From assembly GCA_964016885.1 (NCBI GenBank), contig OZ024743.1, positions 89,838,001 to 89,902,000 of the forward strand: a DNA stretch of 64,000 bases, in the 5' to 3' direction. Position 1 is the first letter of the stretch; each line of letters begins with the position of its first letter. The notes beneath the pieces were generated by a model, which was given only the letters and a program-made list of their open reading frames with translations, did no database searches and had not been told where the DNA came from. A program made the translations under genes and the position numbers. This DNA comes from Eledone cirrhosa. Taxonomy: Eukaryota. Of this stretch, positions 40,381-53,782 are shown in pieces.

Positions 40381-40569
40381 TAATTGTTTCTACTTTAGGC
40401 ACAAGGCCAGCACAACACCAGTACATTACTGGTACTTTATTTTATCGACCCCGTAAGGATGAAAGGCTAAGTTAACCTTGGCGGGATTTGAACTCAGTCC
40501 GTAAAGGGACGTAACTATGCTGCAAAGCATGGCGTCCGACCCTCTACCGATACTGCCAATCCCCCGCCA
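40381..40569 (-). mobile_element. SINE family A copy
   Basis: Box A/B and body. Confidence 0.9.
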
Positions 40570-40721
40570 TAATTAATAATCAATAATCTTGATAAATTAT
40601 CTCCTCTGGTTTCACTTTGAACTAAATGTTTCATCTGTTGGCGGTCGCCATTACTTACGCCACCATCTTAGTTTTAACAGAGAGTGTTGTTCGTACAGTT
40701 GAAGTAAATCTTGTCACTATC

Positions 40722-40863
40722 AGCGACGTCGGCGGCGGCGGCGTCATCATCATCGTCGTTGTCGTCGCCACCGTTGTCATCATCATCATCATCGTCGTTG
40801 TCCTCATCATCATCATCGTCATCATCATCATCATCATCATCATTATCATCATCGTCATCGTCG

Positions 40864-40895
<32 letters not shown>

Positions 40896-40971
40896 GTCAT
40901 CGTCATCATCGTCATCATCGTCATCATCATCATCGTCATCATCATCATCATCATCGTCATCGTCGTCGTCG

Positions 40972-41009
<38 letters not shown>

Positions 41010-41237
41010 GTCATCGTCATCATCGTCATCATCGTCATCATCATCATCGTCATCATCGTCATCATCATCATCATCATCGTCGTCATCATCATCATCATCG
41101 TCGCCACCATCGTCGTCGTCGCCACCATCGCCGTCATCATCATCGCCGTCATCACCATCGCCGTCATCACCATCGTCATCATCACCATCGTCATCATCCT
41201 CATCATTACCACCACCACCATCATTATCATCATCATC
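40722..41237. repeat. (CAT/CGT)n trinucleotide array
   Basis: Direct reading; the poly-D/M/S/I ORFs are artefacts. Confidence 0.95.
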
Positions 41238-41243
41238 TAGAGC

Positions 41244-41885
41244 GTAGGACAACATGATTCACAGCATGGAGCTACGGTCCTTTACATTCCGAGTTCAAAT
41301 CCTAATGAGATTTAGCTTTGACTTTCATCCCTACTGGATTAATAAAAAAAAGTACCAGTAACACCCTGGGGTCGATTTAATCAACTTTCTTCTCCCCCAC
41401 AAAATCGTTGGCCTTGTGCCTAAATCAGAAATCATGATTATCATTATTTGAGAGAGAGCGGTGGATTGGCAGTATCAGTAGAAGGTTGGACGCCATGCTT
41501 TGCAGCATAGAGTTACGGCTCTTTACGGTCTGAGTTCAAATCCCGTCGGGGTTAACTTTGCCTTTCATTCTTACGGGGTCGATAAAATAAAGTACCAGTA
41601 ATACACTGGGATAATTGCTGGCCTTGTGCCAAAAGTAGAAACAATTATTTGAGAGGGAAGTGAATTGGCAGTATCGGTAGAGCATCGGACAACAAGCTTT
41701 GCAGCATAGAGTTCTGGCCCTTCATATTCTGAGTTCAACTCCCGCCGAGGTTTGCTTTGCTTTTCCTAATTTAGGGGGTCGATAAAATAAAGTACTAGTA
41801 ACGCACTGGGGTCCATTTAATCAAATTTCCTCTCTCCCCTACCTTATGCCTAAATCATGGCCTTATGCCTAAATCAGAAATCATG
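41244..41885 (+). mobile_element. Three head-to-tail SINE family A copies (41244-41437, 41458-41648, 41656-41885)
   Basis: Repeated box B and body. Confidence 0.85.
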
Positions 41886-42854
41886 AATATTGTCGGTGTT
41901 GTTTTTGTTGTTGTTGTCTCCAATGTTGTATGAGATAAGGTGATAAACGCGCTATCGCTTATTTTCAGTTGACCTACCCTAAGGGAGATTAACACATTGG
42001 AAAATCTAAAACTCAGTCTTCTTGTAAGAAAAAAACTCCTGCTGTTTTGTTGTTTAGGGTTCGTTAGAAGATAGAAACCTTATTCGTTGCTTTTCAAACA
42101 GACTTGGTACAATGTGTTACAATGTGATTCCATTAAATCAGTTGGAAATGCTGCTATTTCTGCTCGCTTCATTTGTTAACTTTTGCCAATAAACAAGACT
42201 TTAAAGAATGTGATATTTTCATAGACAGATTCTGCGATTTATAAAGATGAAGGGGTCGAAATGGAATGTTTACTAAACAAACAGAATTCAAAGTTGCGAT
42301 TAGAAAGAATGAAGTTTCACTTTAATTTCTCGTATAAACAACATCCATTTTATTTCTCGTATCAACTTCTTTGTTTAGCTTTCAGTCAAGAATTAAACTC
42401 AAATTGCACCCCACATACTTACACACATTTAACCTAACATCCATGATATTGTTGTTGTTGTTGTTGGCGTTGTTGTTGTTGATCGCTACTCAATCAACAT
42501 AACACATTCCTTATACCTGTTTGTTTGCGGGTGGTAAATAGAAACTAAGCGGTCGCCAATACATGACGATGACCTTTAATTAAAAAGGTCAGAATGTTTG
42601 GTTCTCGTAGATTTTTTCTGAAAATGATATATTTACATCAGTTAATAAGTAGATTTTGATTTTATCAATGTCTGACATCACAAACAAACAGATTTAGTTG
42701 CAACTGATGTTGAAGGAGTGCATTGTTCAGAACTGCAGTGCAGACGATCTGGTATGGATGGAACTCAGAGTAAAAGACGCACAAGAAATACCAGTCCCTC
42801 TCAGAGTTATAACTGAATTCTATAGTTTACACATGTATGTATACATGTATGTGG

Positions 42855-43955
42855 ACTTTAACTCCTTAATATAGACGTAGGGGCGTCGCCATGACTTACT
42901 TCATGTCGTGGGCATTTTTTAAACTTAGCGAAGCCCATTCCTTCTCCAGGTCTGAATACAACTGATTTCTTCCAAAGAAGGAAAGTGGGTGAAAGAAAAG
43001 AAGTGAGAAAGTGTTATAGAAGAAGAAGTGACCCCAGTACTGGACTGATACTTTTTACATCGATCTCGAAAAGATGAAAGGCACAGTTGACCTCGGCAAG
43101 ATTTGAACGCAGAGCACAGAGGGCCTGAACTGTAGCGACATTACTCCGTAGCTCGTAACAACAATTTTTCATGCGTGATTTGGTTTCCGGTTGACCAATC
43201 GTAAGTCGCGCATGAATATACTTACTTCCGCCCAACAAAGATTTTCGCGCTTCTTTTATTAACTAGACACTAGTTGCTGCTTTTACTTCAAGAAGTTAAC
43301 ATCCATTTTCCTTTCCGTGTCAACACTAGCAAAAATATAACACAAATAACTAAACATTCTTTTCCTACTACAATTTAATAACATACACTTTTATTGCTAA
43401 AGAACGACTACCACAAAGCATTATATCTGGCGTTCTAAAGACTACCAACGGTTTATACGTACATCACAAGGAAACGAAGTACATAGTCATCCAATCTAAC
43501 ATGGAAGACAAGACGATCACATATCTCCTACTGGTACCACGATCCCATGTAATTTAGGTGATATCAGAGAGATCCGTTCCCATATCTCATTTGTCAAAGA
43601 TATAGTATATAGCTGTATCTATATATGGTCCTGTAACTCCTGATAGAGTCGTAGGGGCGCTGTATTGACATACAGCGTTTCTTAGGTATTTTAAGTCTGG
43701 CGGAGCCCATCCCTCTCCAGGCCTGGGTACAGCAGATTTCTTCCAAAGATAGAAAGTGAGAGAGAGGAAATGAGAAAGAGATATTGAGGAAGAATTCCCC
43801 CTCCCTATCCAGTATTAGACTGGTACTTTTTTATCGACCTCGAAAGGATGAAAGACAAAGTTGACCTCGGCGGGATTTGAACTGTGAGAGCAGAGAACCG
43901 GAACGAAAGCCATAAAGCATTCTATCTGACGTTCTAACGACTCTGCCAATTCGCT
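42855..43955 (-). mobile_element. Two long-tailed SINE copies (42855-43150, 43630-43955)
   Basis: Reverse complements match the head and tail of 20764-21070. Confidence 0.7.
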
Positions 43956-43999
43956 GCATATATACAGGTGTACATATCTAAATTCTTCCTTCAACAGCA

Positions 44000-44400
44000 T
44001 AACAATGAAATATATCTTCTCAATACTCTGGAGGCTTCACAATACAGGTGTACCTGCAGTACATGAGCAGCCAAGGCGGCTGCAGTCACACACCTTGACT
44101 CATTCAGTCGATGAATTTGGTGGTACCTTCTTGGCCTTTCATAGCAGGATATGCTGACAGTTGAAGAGGTGGAGAGATGCATGGGTTATGATTTGGTCAT
44201 GCAGAGCGATATGACGGGCTATTGGCAACAGTGATCACGACGCATCCGGTGTAAGCAAGATGACAAGAGGGACGACCTAATACTAGATATAAGGACAATC
44301 TGGCAAAGTAAAGCGATCATTCAGCTGACAAACTGAAAGTCGCTGATCGATCCAGAAACCAAAATAGGACGTCTACGGGACACTCAACCGCTCTAAGGGA
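44000..44400 (+). mobile_element. Highly decayed RTE-like 3' fragment
   Basis: KMTRGRPNTRYKDNL motif near 44255-44305. Confidence 0.45.
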
Positions 44401-44507
44401 ATCTGATAATGTTGAACTTGGTTATTACACCATAAACACATTTATATAGTGGTAGAAAAAGTAGATCATGACTGATATGGAATTAAACAATTAAACATCG
44501 GTACATA

Positions 44508-44994
44508 TGTAGCGACGTGGTTAGTCAGTCTGGTCACCACTTCTGATCAGATCCGAGAATAGCCCTTAAAAGAACTGTTATCGCATACGGTCTGATCGGA
44601 TATGAGGGTAGCCCTTAAAAGAACTGTTGTCTCATACGGTAAGGATGAACAGACGAAAGCACAAGTTGAAAGGACGAGCAAGGCGAGAGATGTAGTTTCG
44701 GTCAGCTATTTATTTTCATACATGAAGCGACGATACAGAGGTACAAGACGTGTGTGAGTGACAAGTGTGGCAGAGGAGAGGAACAACGATACGCGAGTTG
44801 ACTCTGCCAAAGGTCGACTGGCGAAAGTGTTTGGAATCACTCTATTTATACAAAAATAATCGTTTGATGTTTAGCTGCTGCGTAGGCGTTTTATTTTGGT
44901 GGCTTTAAGGGTTGTTTGTTTCACGGTGAGGTAGCTAGCTAAGCAGATAGATGGAGCTGTTTATTTCACAGATGTTATTTCCGGTGGCAGTACA
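44508..44994 (-). repeat. 3' LTR (487 bp)
   Basis: Differs from the 5' LTR by about 11 substitutions (counted by eye) and a 19-bp indel. Confidence 0.95.
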
Positions 44995-45007
44995 TTAGTC
45001 CCCTACC
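44995..45007 (-). promoter_or_regulatory. Polypurine tract
   Basis: GGTAGGGGACTAA immediately before the 3' LTR on the minus strand. Confidence 0.7.
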
Positions 45008-45864
45008 AGATCTTTTGTACAACAAAAGAGCGAAATATCGTATAGTAATGAACCAGTGGTGCATTTGTCATGACAATAGCCCAAGGTGTGTCCAGCACGT
45101 TGTGAAGTTTGGTGATCATCGAGTATAGGACAGAGTCGATGTAGAGATGATATGGCAAGATGTGTGTGTCAGGAAGAGAGAGAAAAAGAACCCCCAAAAA
45201 CTATAAAATGACTTTGACCAGATTCATGCAGGCGTGATGAATGAGCCTGTTGCTATTTGGATTGAGCTGCCTGTGAATTGCGTGACAAGTCTAACAAAGC
45301 AGTGAAGATAACCGTAATGTGTGAACTGAATGGCTGTAAGCATGTTGCCTAAAAGTAACAGTTTGCTCCAAAGCATATGACTTGAGCGAATGCATGTGGT
45401 AAAAAATAGCGAGGCATTCTCGAGCTATTGAGTGAATGTGTACGTGAAAAAAGAAGGCCAGTGTTTTGAGGATGCAATTTGTGAAATGCGTGATCAAAGA
45501 GAAAACATTTTGTAGTGTAAGAATTAGAGGGACAAAAATATCTATTGCTCAGTGTATGAACCAAAAGTTGAAACAAACGTGGTTGTGTAGTGTGCATGAA
45601 AAACAGAATATGTACACGCCTTGTATGTATATAAAAATTATGGCAATTACACAATCAATGTTGCAGAACAAGAAAAATAAAAGAATTTTGCAAAACAAGA
45701 GAGAGAAAAAAAAAAATGTTATACACAATGCTATACACAATGTTTGTTCTTAAATAGTGTTTGTAATAGATAATGTTTATAATAAATAATGTTCTTCGTG
45801 ACATGAGCACACAAGGAAAATGGGAATGTTTTGCAAGAAGAATGATTAAGAAACTCACTTGAGG

Positions 45865-48800
45865 TTAACGGTAATTCACATATTGGACCAACTTGGCGGG
45901 CCAATGGACACGTCCTCCACTTCTCGTGACTGGAGATGAAACAGGTGGCTTGTTGGGACAGCAATCTGTTGGAGTTTCTGGTGTAGAGACTGTAACAGTA
46001 TCCATGATGGCTTTTTTTAATCTGTCCACGCTGACAGAATTCTGTTTTTCCCATCTAGATCGAGAATAAAATATTTCGGATATTTTTTTAGAACACGATA
46101 AGGGCCAGAATATGGAGGTCGAAGATGAGCTGAGATGGTGTCGTTTCGAACGAAAACGTGTGTCCAATCTTTAATGTCTGAAGGTACGTGTGTGGCCGTG
46201 TTCGGTTGACGGGTGCTTGCAGGAGCAAGGTGAGACATATATTGTCGAAGACGGTGTACGTATGATCCAGGGTCTGGAACATCCTGAGGAGAGATGGAAG
46301 CAACCATCTGACCAGGTAGAACCAGGGTGGTGCCGTAGACTAATTCTGCAGGTGTGGGTCCGAATTCCTCCTTAACGGTGGATCGAATGCCTAGAAGGAT
46401 GAGTGGCAGGTATTCAAACCAGTGGGTCTTGTCTGGATGTTCTTTTATTGCAGCTTTCAATTGGCGATGGAATCTTTCCACGAGACCATTAGCAGGCGAG
46501 TGATAAGCTGTCGTGCGGATGTGTTTACATCCTAACAGGCGAGTCAGTTCCCTGAAGAGGTGGGAGTCAAACTGGCGTCCTCTGTCCGTTGTTATCTTCG
46601 CTGGGGCGCCATAACATGATACCCAGTGTAAAACCAAAGTTTTAGCGACTGTTTCCATTGAGGTATCACTTATGGGAAAAGCCTCAGGCCAACGGGAAAA
46701 TCGATTTATGCAGGGGAGCAAGTGTGTGCAGTTCTGTGATGGTGGTAGAGGTCCAACGATGTCGATATGCACATGATGAAAACGTGCATCAGGTTGCGCG
46801 AATGTGCCGAGTGGAGTTTTGATGTGTCTGTGGACTTTGGCTTTCTGGCAGGCAATGCAGCTCCTGGTGCAGTCGCGCACGTCCTTCTTAATGTTAGTCC
46901 ACACAAAACGAGCAGAGATGAGTTTCTGTGTAGCCCGGATTCCCGGGTGAGACAAGCAGTGTAAAGCAGAAAAAACGTATCGACGATGCATCTGTAGTAC
47001 GTACGGTCGTTCATGACCGGTAGAAAGGTCTCACCAAATTTGTCCCGGAGAAGAAGGAATGGGAACTTGCTGAAACTTGAGGGATGGCGAATCTCGGAGC
47101 TTGATAAACTCTTCGTCAGTCTCTTAGTCAGCTGCGATCTGTTGAAGGTCGATGCCTGAATGCACATGTATTGCGTTCAGCTGGATTTGGGACAGGACGT
47201 CGGCTGCTACGTTGTCTGTTCCCTTGATATGCCGAATATCAGTTGAATATTGGGAGACAAAATCCAGGTGGCGGAGTTCTCTCGGTGAATGTCGATCAGG
47301 TTTGGTACGAAACGCATAAACTAGTGGTTTATGGTCCGTGTAGATCACGAAATCCGATCCTTCGAGCATGTGACGAAAATGTTTAACCAAAAGGTAGGTT
47401 GCCAAGAGTTCGCGGCCAAACGTACTGTATTTGGTTTTTGCAGGTTGCAACCGCTTAGAAAAGAAGGATAAGGGTTGCCAAACGCCGTCGATATGTTGTA
47501 AAACGCCTCCAAACCCCGTGTCTGATGCGTCCACTAGCAGCGAAAGAGGAGCGCCAGATCTGGGGAAAACGAGCATGGAAACGTTTGTCAACATTTCCTT
47601 CAGGCGGTTAAAAGATGTTAATTCTTCCTCGTTCAGAGTGATCTCTTCGTTTTTGCGAGTCCGGTTGCGAAGAAGGTCCGTGAGGAGTCTGGCTGCGTCG
47701 GCACAATGAGGGATGAAACGCCTATAAAAATTCACCAAACCGAGGAATTCACGCAGTTTTCGAAGTGGTGTAAGTGCGGGAAAATTGCGGATAGCTTCTA
47801 CTTTCTCGGGAAGTGGACAGATGCCGTCTTTATCAATGATGTGCCCGAGAAAGGACAGTGAAGGAACGCCGAGAAGGCACTTGCTGGGGTTGATGATAAT
47901 ACCGTACTCGGCCAAACGTTGGAAAAGAAGATCTAAGTGCTTCTCGTGTTCTTGCTCGGAAGTACTTGCTACTAGCACGTCGTCGATATACGCGTATACA
48001 AAGGGTAGATCGCGTAACACGGTGTCAATGAACCGCTGAAAAGTTTGTGCAGCGTTGCGCAGACCGAACGGCATTATGCAGGAATTCAAATAAACCGAAC
48101 GGTGTTGTGATTGCGGTCTTCGGAATATCAGCAGGCTCCATAGGTATCTGGTTATATGCCCGTACCACATCTATCTTGTAAAAGATGCATACGCCTTGCA
48201 GAGAGGCAGAAAAGTCGTGCAAGTGAGGTACAAGGTAATTATCGGGTACTGTAGAATTGTTAAGTGCACGATAATCCCCACATGGTCGCCAATCATTCTC
48301 GTTTTTTTTTAGGAACAAGGTGTAGGGGTGCAGACCAGTTGCTGGAGGAAGGGTGAATGATTCCAAAGTCCAGCATGTGTTGAAACTCCTGTTTGGCGAT
48401 TCTCAATCTGTCTGGAGGCAGTCTCCTTGGTCGGGCAGCTGTGGGTGGTCCTCTTGTCTCGATGTGGTGTGTGACACTATGCTTAATGGGTCCATCCTTA
48501 AATACCGGGCGAGTGATGTCTGGGTATTTCTTATTTCTGGAGAATGCCGTTGTAATGCGAAGGCTCTGACTGGCAAATTACAGGGCTCACTGTGGATTGC
48601 GTGGTAAATCTACCTCTCACAGTGAGGTTTGTGGTGGTGTCAATAAGCCTCCGGTTCTTCATGTCCACCAGAAGGTGGAAGTGGTGGAGAAAATCGGCTC
48701 CTAAGATAATGGTCGGCAGGTCTGCCACAACAAACACCCATTGAAAACGACGCCTCAGGCCTAAATTGAGGGTCAGTGATTTCTCCCCGAAAGTCGGAAT

Positions 48801-48975
48801 TGACGATCGGTTCACTACCTGCAGAAAGGACGGTGTTGGATGTCTTTTGCCCGAGACTAGTGAAACAGGAATAACACTAACCTGGGCTCCTGTATCCACG
48901 AGGTAACGGATGCCTGTCGCTTGGTCGTTGATAAAAAATAGACGACTTTTCTTCTCAGTACCAGGGGTGAACGTC
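45865..48975 (-). pseudogene. pol: Gypsy pol: protease, RT, RNase H, integrase; frameshifted
   Basis: YLVDTGAQVS; [11 protein letters not shown]; [13 protein letters not shown]; YIDD; VDASD; TDHKPL; H..SHPG..C..C; HIDIVGPLP; TDRG.QF; NGLVERFHR. Confidence 0.95.
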
Positions 48976-48979
48976 GTCG

Positions 48980-49861
48980 CTAGGCCCTAGTCTGCCCGTT
49001 TCCCTGGGTGGCATTCTGGAAAGAGCATGGGGCCCTACACTTAGATGCCTGTGCGCCGAATTCTTCGTGGTACCAGCAGAGGTTGCTAGACACACGATTT
49101 TGACTGGGACTTCTGGATCTTCGACGGTGAAAGGGCCTGGATCGACTGTTGCTACGCCGCCGGTGTGTTTGAAAGGTCAGGTTCTATAATTGGTTTGAGA
49201 GGGCTTTAATTTGACCAGCCTGCTCTCTGATCATAGCCCGCAGCTCTGAAATCTCGGAGGTGGAGTCCGAGGACGCTACGTAAGGGTTCGTCCGATGATC
49301 TACTTGTGTGCCACTGAGGCAAAAGGGTTTGACACCTCAGCGATCTTATCTGCGACACTCGCCAGTTCTTCCAGGGTTGCTGACTCGTTGGTCGACGCCA
49401 GAATGCCTTGCATTGATAAGGGCAAGCGCTGTATAAACAGCCGTTTCAGCACATCTTCTGAAAGCGGCTGGTCTTCCATCAACTGTCTCATCTTTCGCAA
49501 TAGTTGGGACGGTTTTCTGACCCCCCCCCCCCAATTCTTTCGCAGACACGAGTTGGTTGAGTCGTCTCTGCTATGACGCGGTCGTTCGTTTGATCAATTC
49601 CTTGCGGAATGATTCATATGACACCGTGCCCGGCGGTGCCATGACGAGGTCCCTCACCTCAGCCAAGACTTCTGGCGGGACAGACCCAATGATGTAGGTG
49701 AGCTTTGCAGAATCGCTCTTAATTCTGTTAGCGGCGAATTGTGCTCCTATGTGAGCGAACCACAGAGTCGGGTCGTAGGACCAAAAAACAAGGACTTTCA
49801 ACGTTAAAGCCGCTTGTGTGGTTGGTATCTCGGCCTCTGTCGTTGGTTGTGACATGTCCAT
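48980..49861 (-). pseudogene. gag: Gypsy gag, interrupted
   Basis: FWSYDPTLWFAHI.AQF; LFIQRLP; ADKI; CWYHEEFGAQASKCRAPC; stop after QGNGQTRA. Confidence 0.9.
48998..49004 (-). promoter_or_regulatory. -1 ribosomal frameshift slippery site G GGA AAC
   Basis: In gag frame (CAG GGA AAC); the -1 frame leads into the protease; downstream stem ACTAGGG/CCCTGGT. Confidence 0.8.
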
Positions 49862-49887
49862 GTTGGTATCTTCTTAGGCCGATGTCT

Positions 49888-49919
49888 GGTTGCGTGTTCG
49901 AATCACGTCGGGGTCACCA
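49888..49919 (-). promoter_or_regulatory. Primer binding site complementary to tRNA-Trp (32 nt)
   Basis: Plus strand GGTTGCGTGTTCGAATCACGTCGGGGTCACCA matches the recalled metazoan tRNA-Trp 3' half including CCA, 2 nt from the LTR. Confidence 0.9.
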
Positions 49920-49921
49920 AT

Positions 49922-50389
49922 TGTAGCGACGTGGTTAGTCAGTCTGGTCACTACTTCTGATCAGATCTGAGAATAGCCCTTAAAAGAACTGTTATCGCAT
50001 ACGGTCTGATCGGATATGAGGATAGCCCATACGGTAAGGATGAACAGACGAAAGCACAAGTTGAAAGGACGAGCAAGGCGAGAGATGTAGTTTCGGTCAG
50101 CTATTTATTTTCATACATGAAGCGACAATACAGAGGTACAAGGTGTGTGTGAGTGACAAGTGTGGCAGAGGAGAGGAACAACGATACGCGAGTTGACTCT
50201 GCCAAAGGTCGACTGGCGAAAGTGTTTGGAATCACTTTATTTATACAAAAATAATCGTTTGATGTTTAGCCGCTGCGTAGGCGTTTTATTTTGGTGGCTT
50301 TAAGGGTTATTTGTTTCACGGTGAGGTAGCTAGCTAAGAAGATAGATGGAGCTGTTTATTTCACAGATGTTATTTCCGGTGGCTGTACA
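49922..50389 (-). repeat. 5' LTR (468 bp)
   Basis: Direct repeat of 44508-44994. Confidence 0.95.
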
Positions 50390-50404
50390 CATATATATAT
50401 ATAC

Positions 50405-50538
<134 letters not shown>

Positions 50539-50992
50539 TTAAAAAATACGTGGAAGAAATATAGAGACAGAAAATGCGGAAGAGACAAGCACATGAACAA
50601 TTCCCGCCCATTGGCTGTCTTTCTGGGGACCATCATAGTTTCGGATGTTTAATAAGACAACATTATTCACCACCAGTCCATCAATAGAAACTACGGAGTT
50701 ATCCTTGAATAACTCCGTAATGAAAACACAACGAACGTTGGAGAAAATAGCGCACAAAACAAAGCAAGAGGAAATAATTCCATATCGTTATGGGACAGGA
50801 ACATTGCTACAATCGAAAATATAGTAATATACACTATATAAGAAGATACTAGTAGAAAATAAACATGTGATATTCCCCAGGTGGAAATCCATTGATTATC
50901 GATTTTCTAGATCAATATTAATGTTGAATTAAATAACACAGCAACAAAAATTATGCATGTACATATATTTAGTAATATAAACTATATGATCG

Positions 50993-51780
50993 GGTGTTGG
51001 ATTGGCGGAATTAGTAGATCTTCGGATAAAATACCATTGCGGCATTTGTTCTGGGTCTTTACGTTCTGAGTTCAAATCCCGTCAAAGTAAATTTTGCCCT
51101 TCATCCTTCCAGGGTCGATAAAATAAAGTAAGAGTCAAGTATTGGGTTTGATTTAACTAACATTAGCCTCCAACAAAATAATTTTCTGGCCGTGTGCCTA
51201 AATTAGAAATTAATACAAACTATATATGTGCTTGTGCATAGAACAATGAAAGAAGTCAGGAGTAGGTAGTTAATTAGTTCATTGTTTTACGATCGTTTTC
51301 GAGAATAGATTGATCGTGGAAGATCAATGTATCAACCAGCATGGTAGTGGTTAGGCTACTACCTATTTCCAGTCTTAAAGTTCCTGTTCGATCGACTGTC
51401 TTCCTCAGAAACACTATATGTATAAGATTTATTTGATGTAACGAGTTAAATGGAGTGTTTCATTGAATGTGAGCATAATTGTACAGCTTAGTATGATGCC
51501 ACTGGAATAATTCACTGGCAGAAATATGAATAAAATTGAACAAATCCTGTTTATTCATGGTATTACAACCCTATTAGTAGATTGGCAGTGTCGGTAGAAG
51601 ATCGGACAAAATGTAATGCGGCATTTAGTTTCTACTATCTATATTCTGAGTTCAAATATCGCCGAGGTCAGCTTTACCTTTCCTCCTCCCAAGGTCGATA
51701 AAATAAAGTACCAGTTAAATACTGGGATCGATATAATCGACTTTACCTCAAATTTCTGGTCTTGCGCCAATGTTAGAAAG
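50993..51780 (+). mobile_element. Two diverged SINE family A copies (50993-51210, 51578-51780)
   Basis: Box A/B and body. Confidence 0.8.
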
Positions 51781-52408
51781 AATAGATCCCTATTCACTTC
51801 GTACAAGCAGTCAGTTCGGCCAGTTATGAATATGGCTGTATTTCACATTAACTCTGGCTTCCATCTTATAATGAATAAGTGAACTAATGACAACAATGGA
51901 TAGAATTTTCACTCTTCTCAACATTCTTTGTCTTATCAAGTGTGTGTGTTGATGTTCTCTTCTCTTTCACTCACTGCCCCCGTCTCTCTCGCTCTCCTCA
52001 AGACAAAACATTAATTTATAACATTTAACAAGTACACAGAATTTTATGTGACGTCAGGGAAAAGGTGTTTATATCGCTGCGGATAATAATAGCTTTGGCT
52101 TTATTATATTAAAAAAAACTAAGTAATATGGCAGCTGCAGCTTAATAACGTCCGTCTTCTCCATTAGGTCGCTATTAAGATCTAGTTGTGTAAGCCAAGT
52201 TTAGGAGGATGGGTGGTCCACATAAGATTTGACGAATTTGGAGAGTGAGAACGGTTTATTTAGTAGGAGTCATGGGTACAGGTTGGCGTTTGATTTAGTG
52301 TATTTGCTGATGATGAGTAAATTGTGTGAAGGTATGGTAAGATACCAGTGGACCATAACGCACCAGAGTACTCGATACTTAGGGTAGTAGAGAGGGTAAT
52401 AATATATG

Positions 52409-52444
<36 letters not shown>

Positions 52445-53367
52445 CGCGTTTGTGTATATATATATATATATATATATGCGTATAGTTCTAAATAACTTTT
52501 CTTTGTTTGTTCCACTAGTTTTTTTATCTTTTCTTTCTTTATACTTGGTTTAATTGAGACCCTAAACCCCTTCTATCCAGCACCAACCTCTTTTACTTGT
52601 TTAAACATTCTGATGGAGTTTAGTTTTTCTCGTCCTTTCTTTTCAATATCTCGAGACATTTTGAACGAAATAAGAAATATAAATGGCCTCCCTCTCTTAC
52701 AATATGGAAGTCATCCAACTGAGATAACTTTATCGGGTGTGGTTGAAACGAAAGAGGAACTTAAAGGACCTTTGTTTCAAGTGATAACAGCTTCAGTGGG
52801 ATCATATCCATGGTTTAATATATATTCCATCCTTTTTTTTTTTAGAAAAAAAATAGCGGGGTGATCGGGATAAGTTGATAACAAATGACTGATATAAATC
52901 TCTGCTCTGTGCTAAAAACATTTTTTGGTTTGTTTAAGCATTTTATTTTGAAAATCGTTTCCATCCCAAACATAGCTATAGATTGTGTTTACGTATTTCC
53001 TTGCAAATAAACTGTGTTGGCCTTTAATTCTTCCATTAAATTAGTTCATGTCACCTCTTGTAGTATTTAGCCTTATTCATGTCTAAAAAAAGATAGAATT
53101 CTGGAATTTACAGCACACACGTATTTAGGTTTAGCTGTACCCCATAGGAGGTTTCTCGGATATATTAATGACGGAGGCCCCGATCTAATCATAAAATGCA
53201 ACGTGAAATGAAGCGACTTACTCAAACGTGCCGCTCAATCAGGGAATTGAATCCACTATCTTATGATTGTAAAACCTACACTCTAACCATGTGTCTTCTG
53301 CTCACGTCTAAGACAGTATTTAACAACTTATTGTTCCTAAACTCATTTCGATTAAATTCCGAAATTG

Positions 53368-53606
53368 ATGGATGGTCGGATAACATCCATGAGCTTGGCT
53401 GGTCTCACTTGGAGATCCAGGCGGATCAATTGGAGACGGCTGCTTCTGATAGGACCCGCAGGAAGGAGTGTTTGAATACTCTGCTTCCACGACCCTCTCG
53501 GGAAGAAGAAGAAGAAGAAGAAGAAGAAGAAGAAGAAGAAGAAGAAGAAGAAGAAGAAGAAGAAGAAGAAGAAGAAGAAGAAGAAGAAGAAGAAGAAGAA
53601 GAAGAA
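53368..53606 (+). mobile_element. RTE-like 3' end with (GAA)n tail
   Basis: WSDNIHELGWSHLEIQ..LETAASDR; homologous to 13016-13235. Confidence 0.75.
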
Positions 53607-53721
53607 ATAGTCTTACACCTTATAATGTAACAGTGACATATAGTAGTTGTTGTCATAGTGTGTGCTACAGTACTGAACCGTCTATACACAATACGAATTC
53701 AACCTGACTTAGCTTAGTGTG

Positions 53722-53782
<61 letters not shown>

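Larger units (their letters stand above)
44508..50389 (-). mobile_element. Full-length Gypsy/Ty3 LTR retrotransposon, decayed
   Basis: TG...CA LTRs at 44508-44994 and 49922-50389; 4-bp TSD CATA (44504-44507, 50390-50393); gag-PR-RT-RH-IN order; PBS and PPT present. Confidence 0.97.

Noticed and set aside
39918-40670. Minus-strand two-exon model MVA|IISSQQFDFGRGFISNDKQ with a GTAAGT donor
   Set aside because: Only 22 codons, no further compatible exon found, and it conflicts with the plus-strand exon candidates
40626-41255. Poly-Asp/Ser/Met/Ile ORFs resembling acidic biomineral proteins
   Set aside because: (CAT)n microsatellite open in several frames; no signal peptide or supported gene structure
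49888-49919. tRNA-Trp gene
   Set aside because: Only the 3' 32 nt with encoded CCA next to an LTR; it is a PBS
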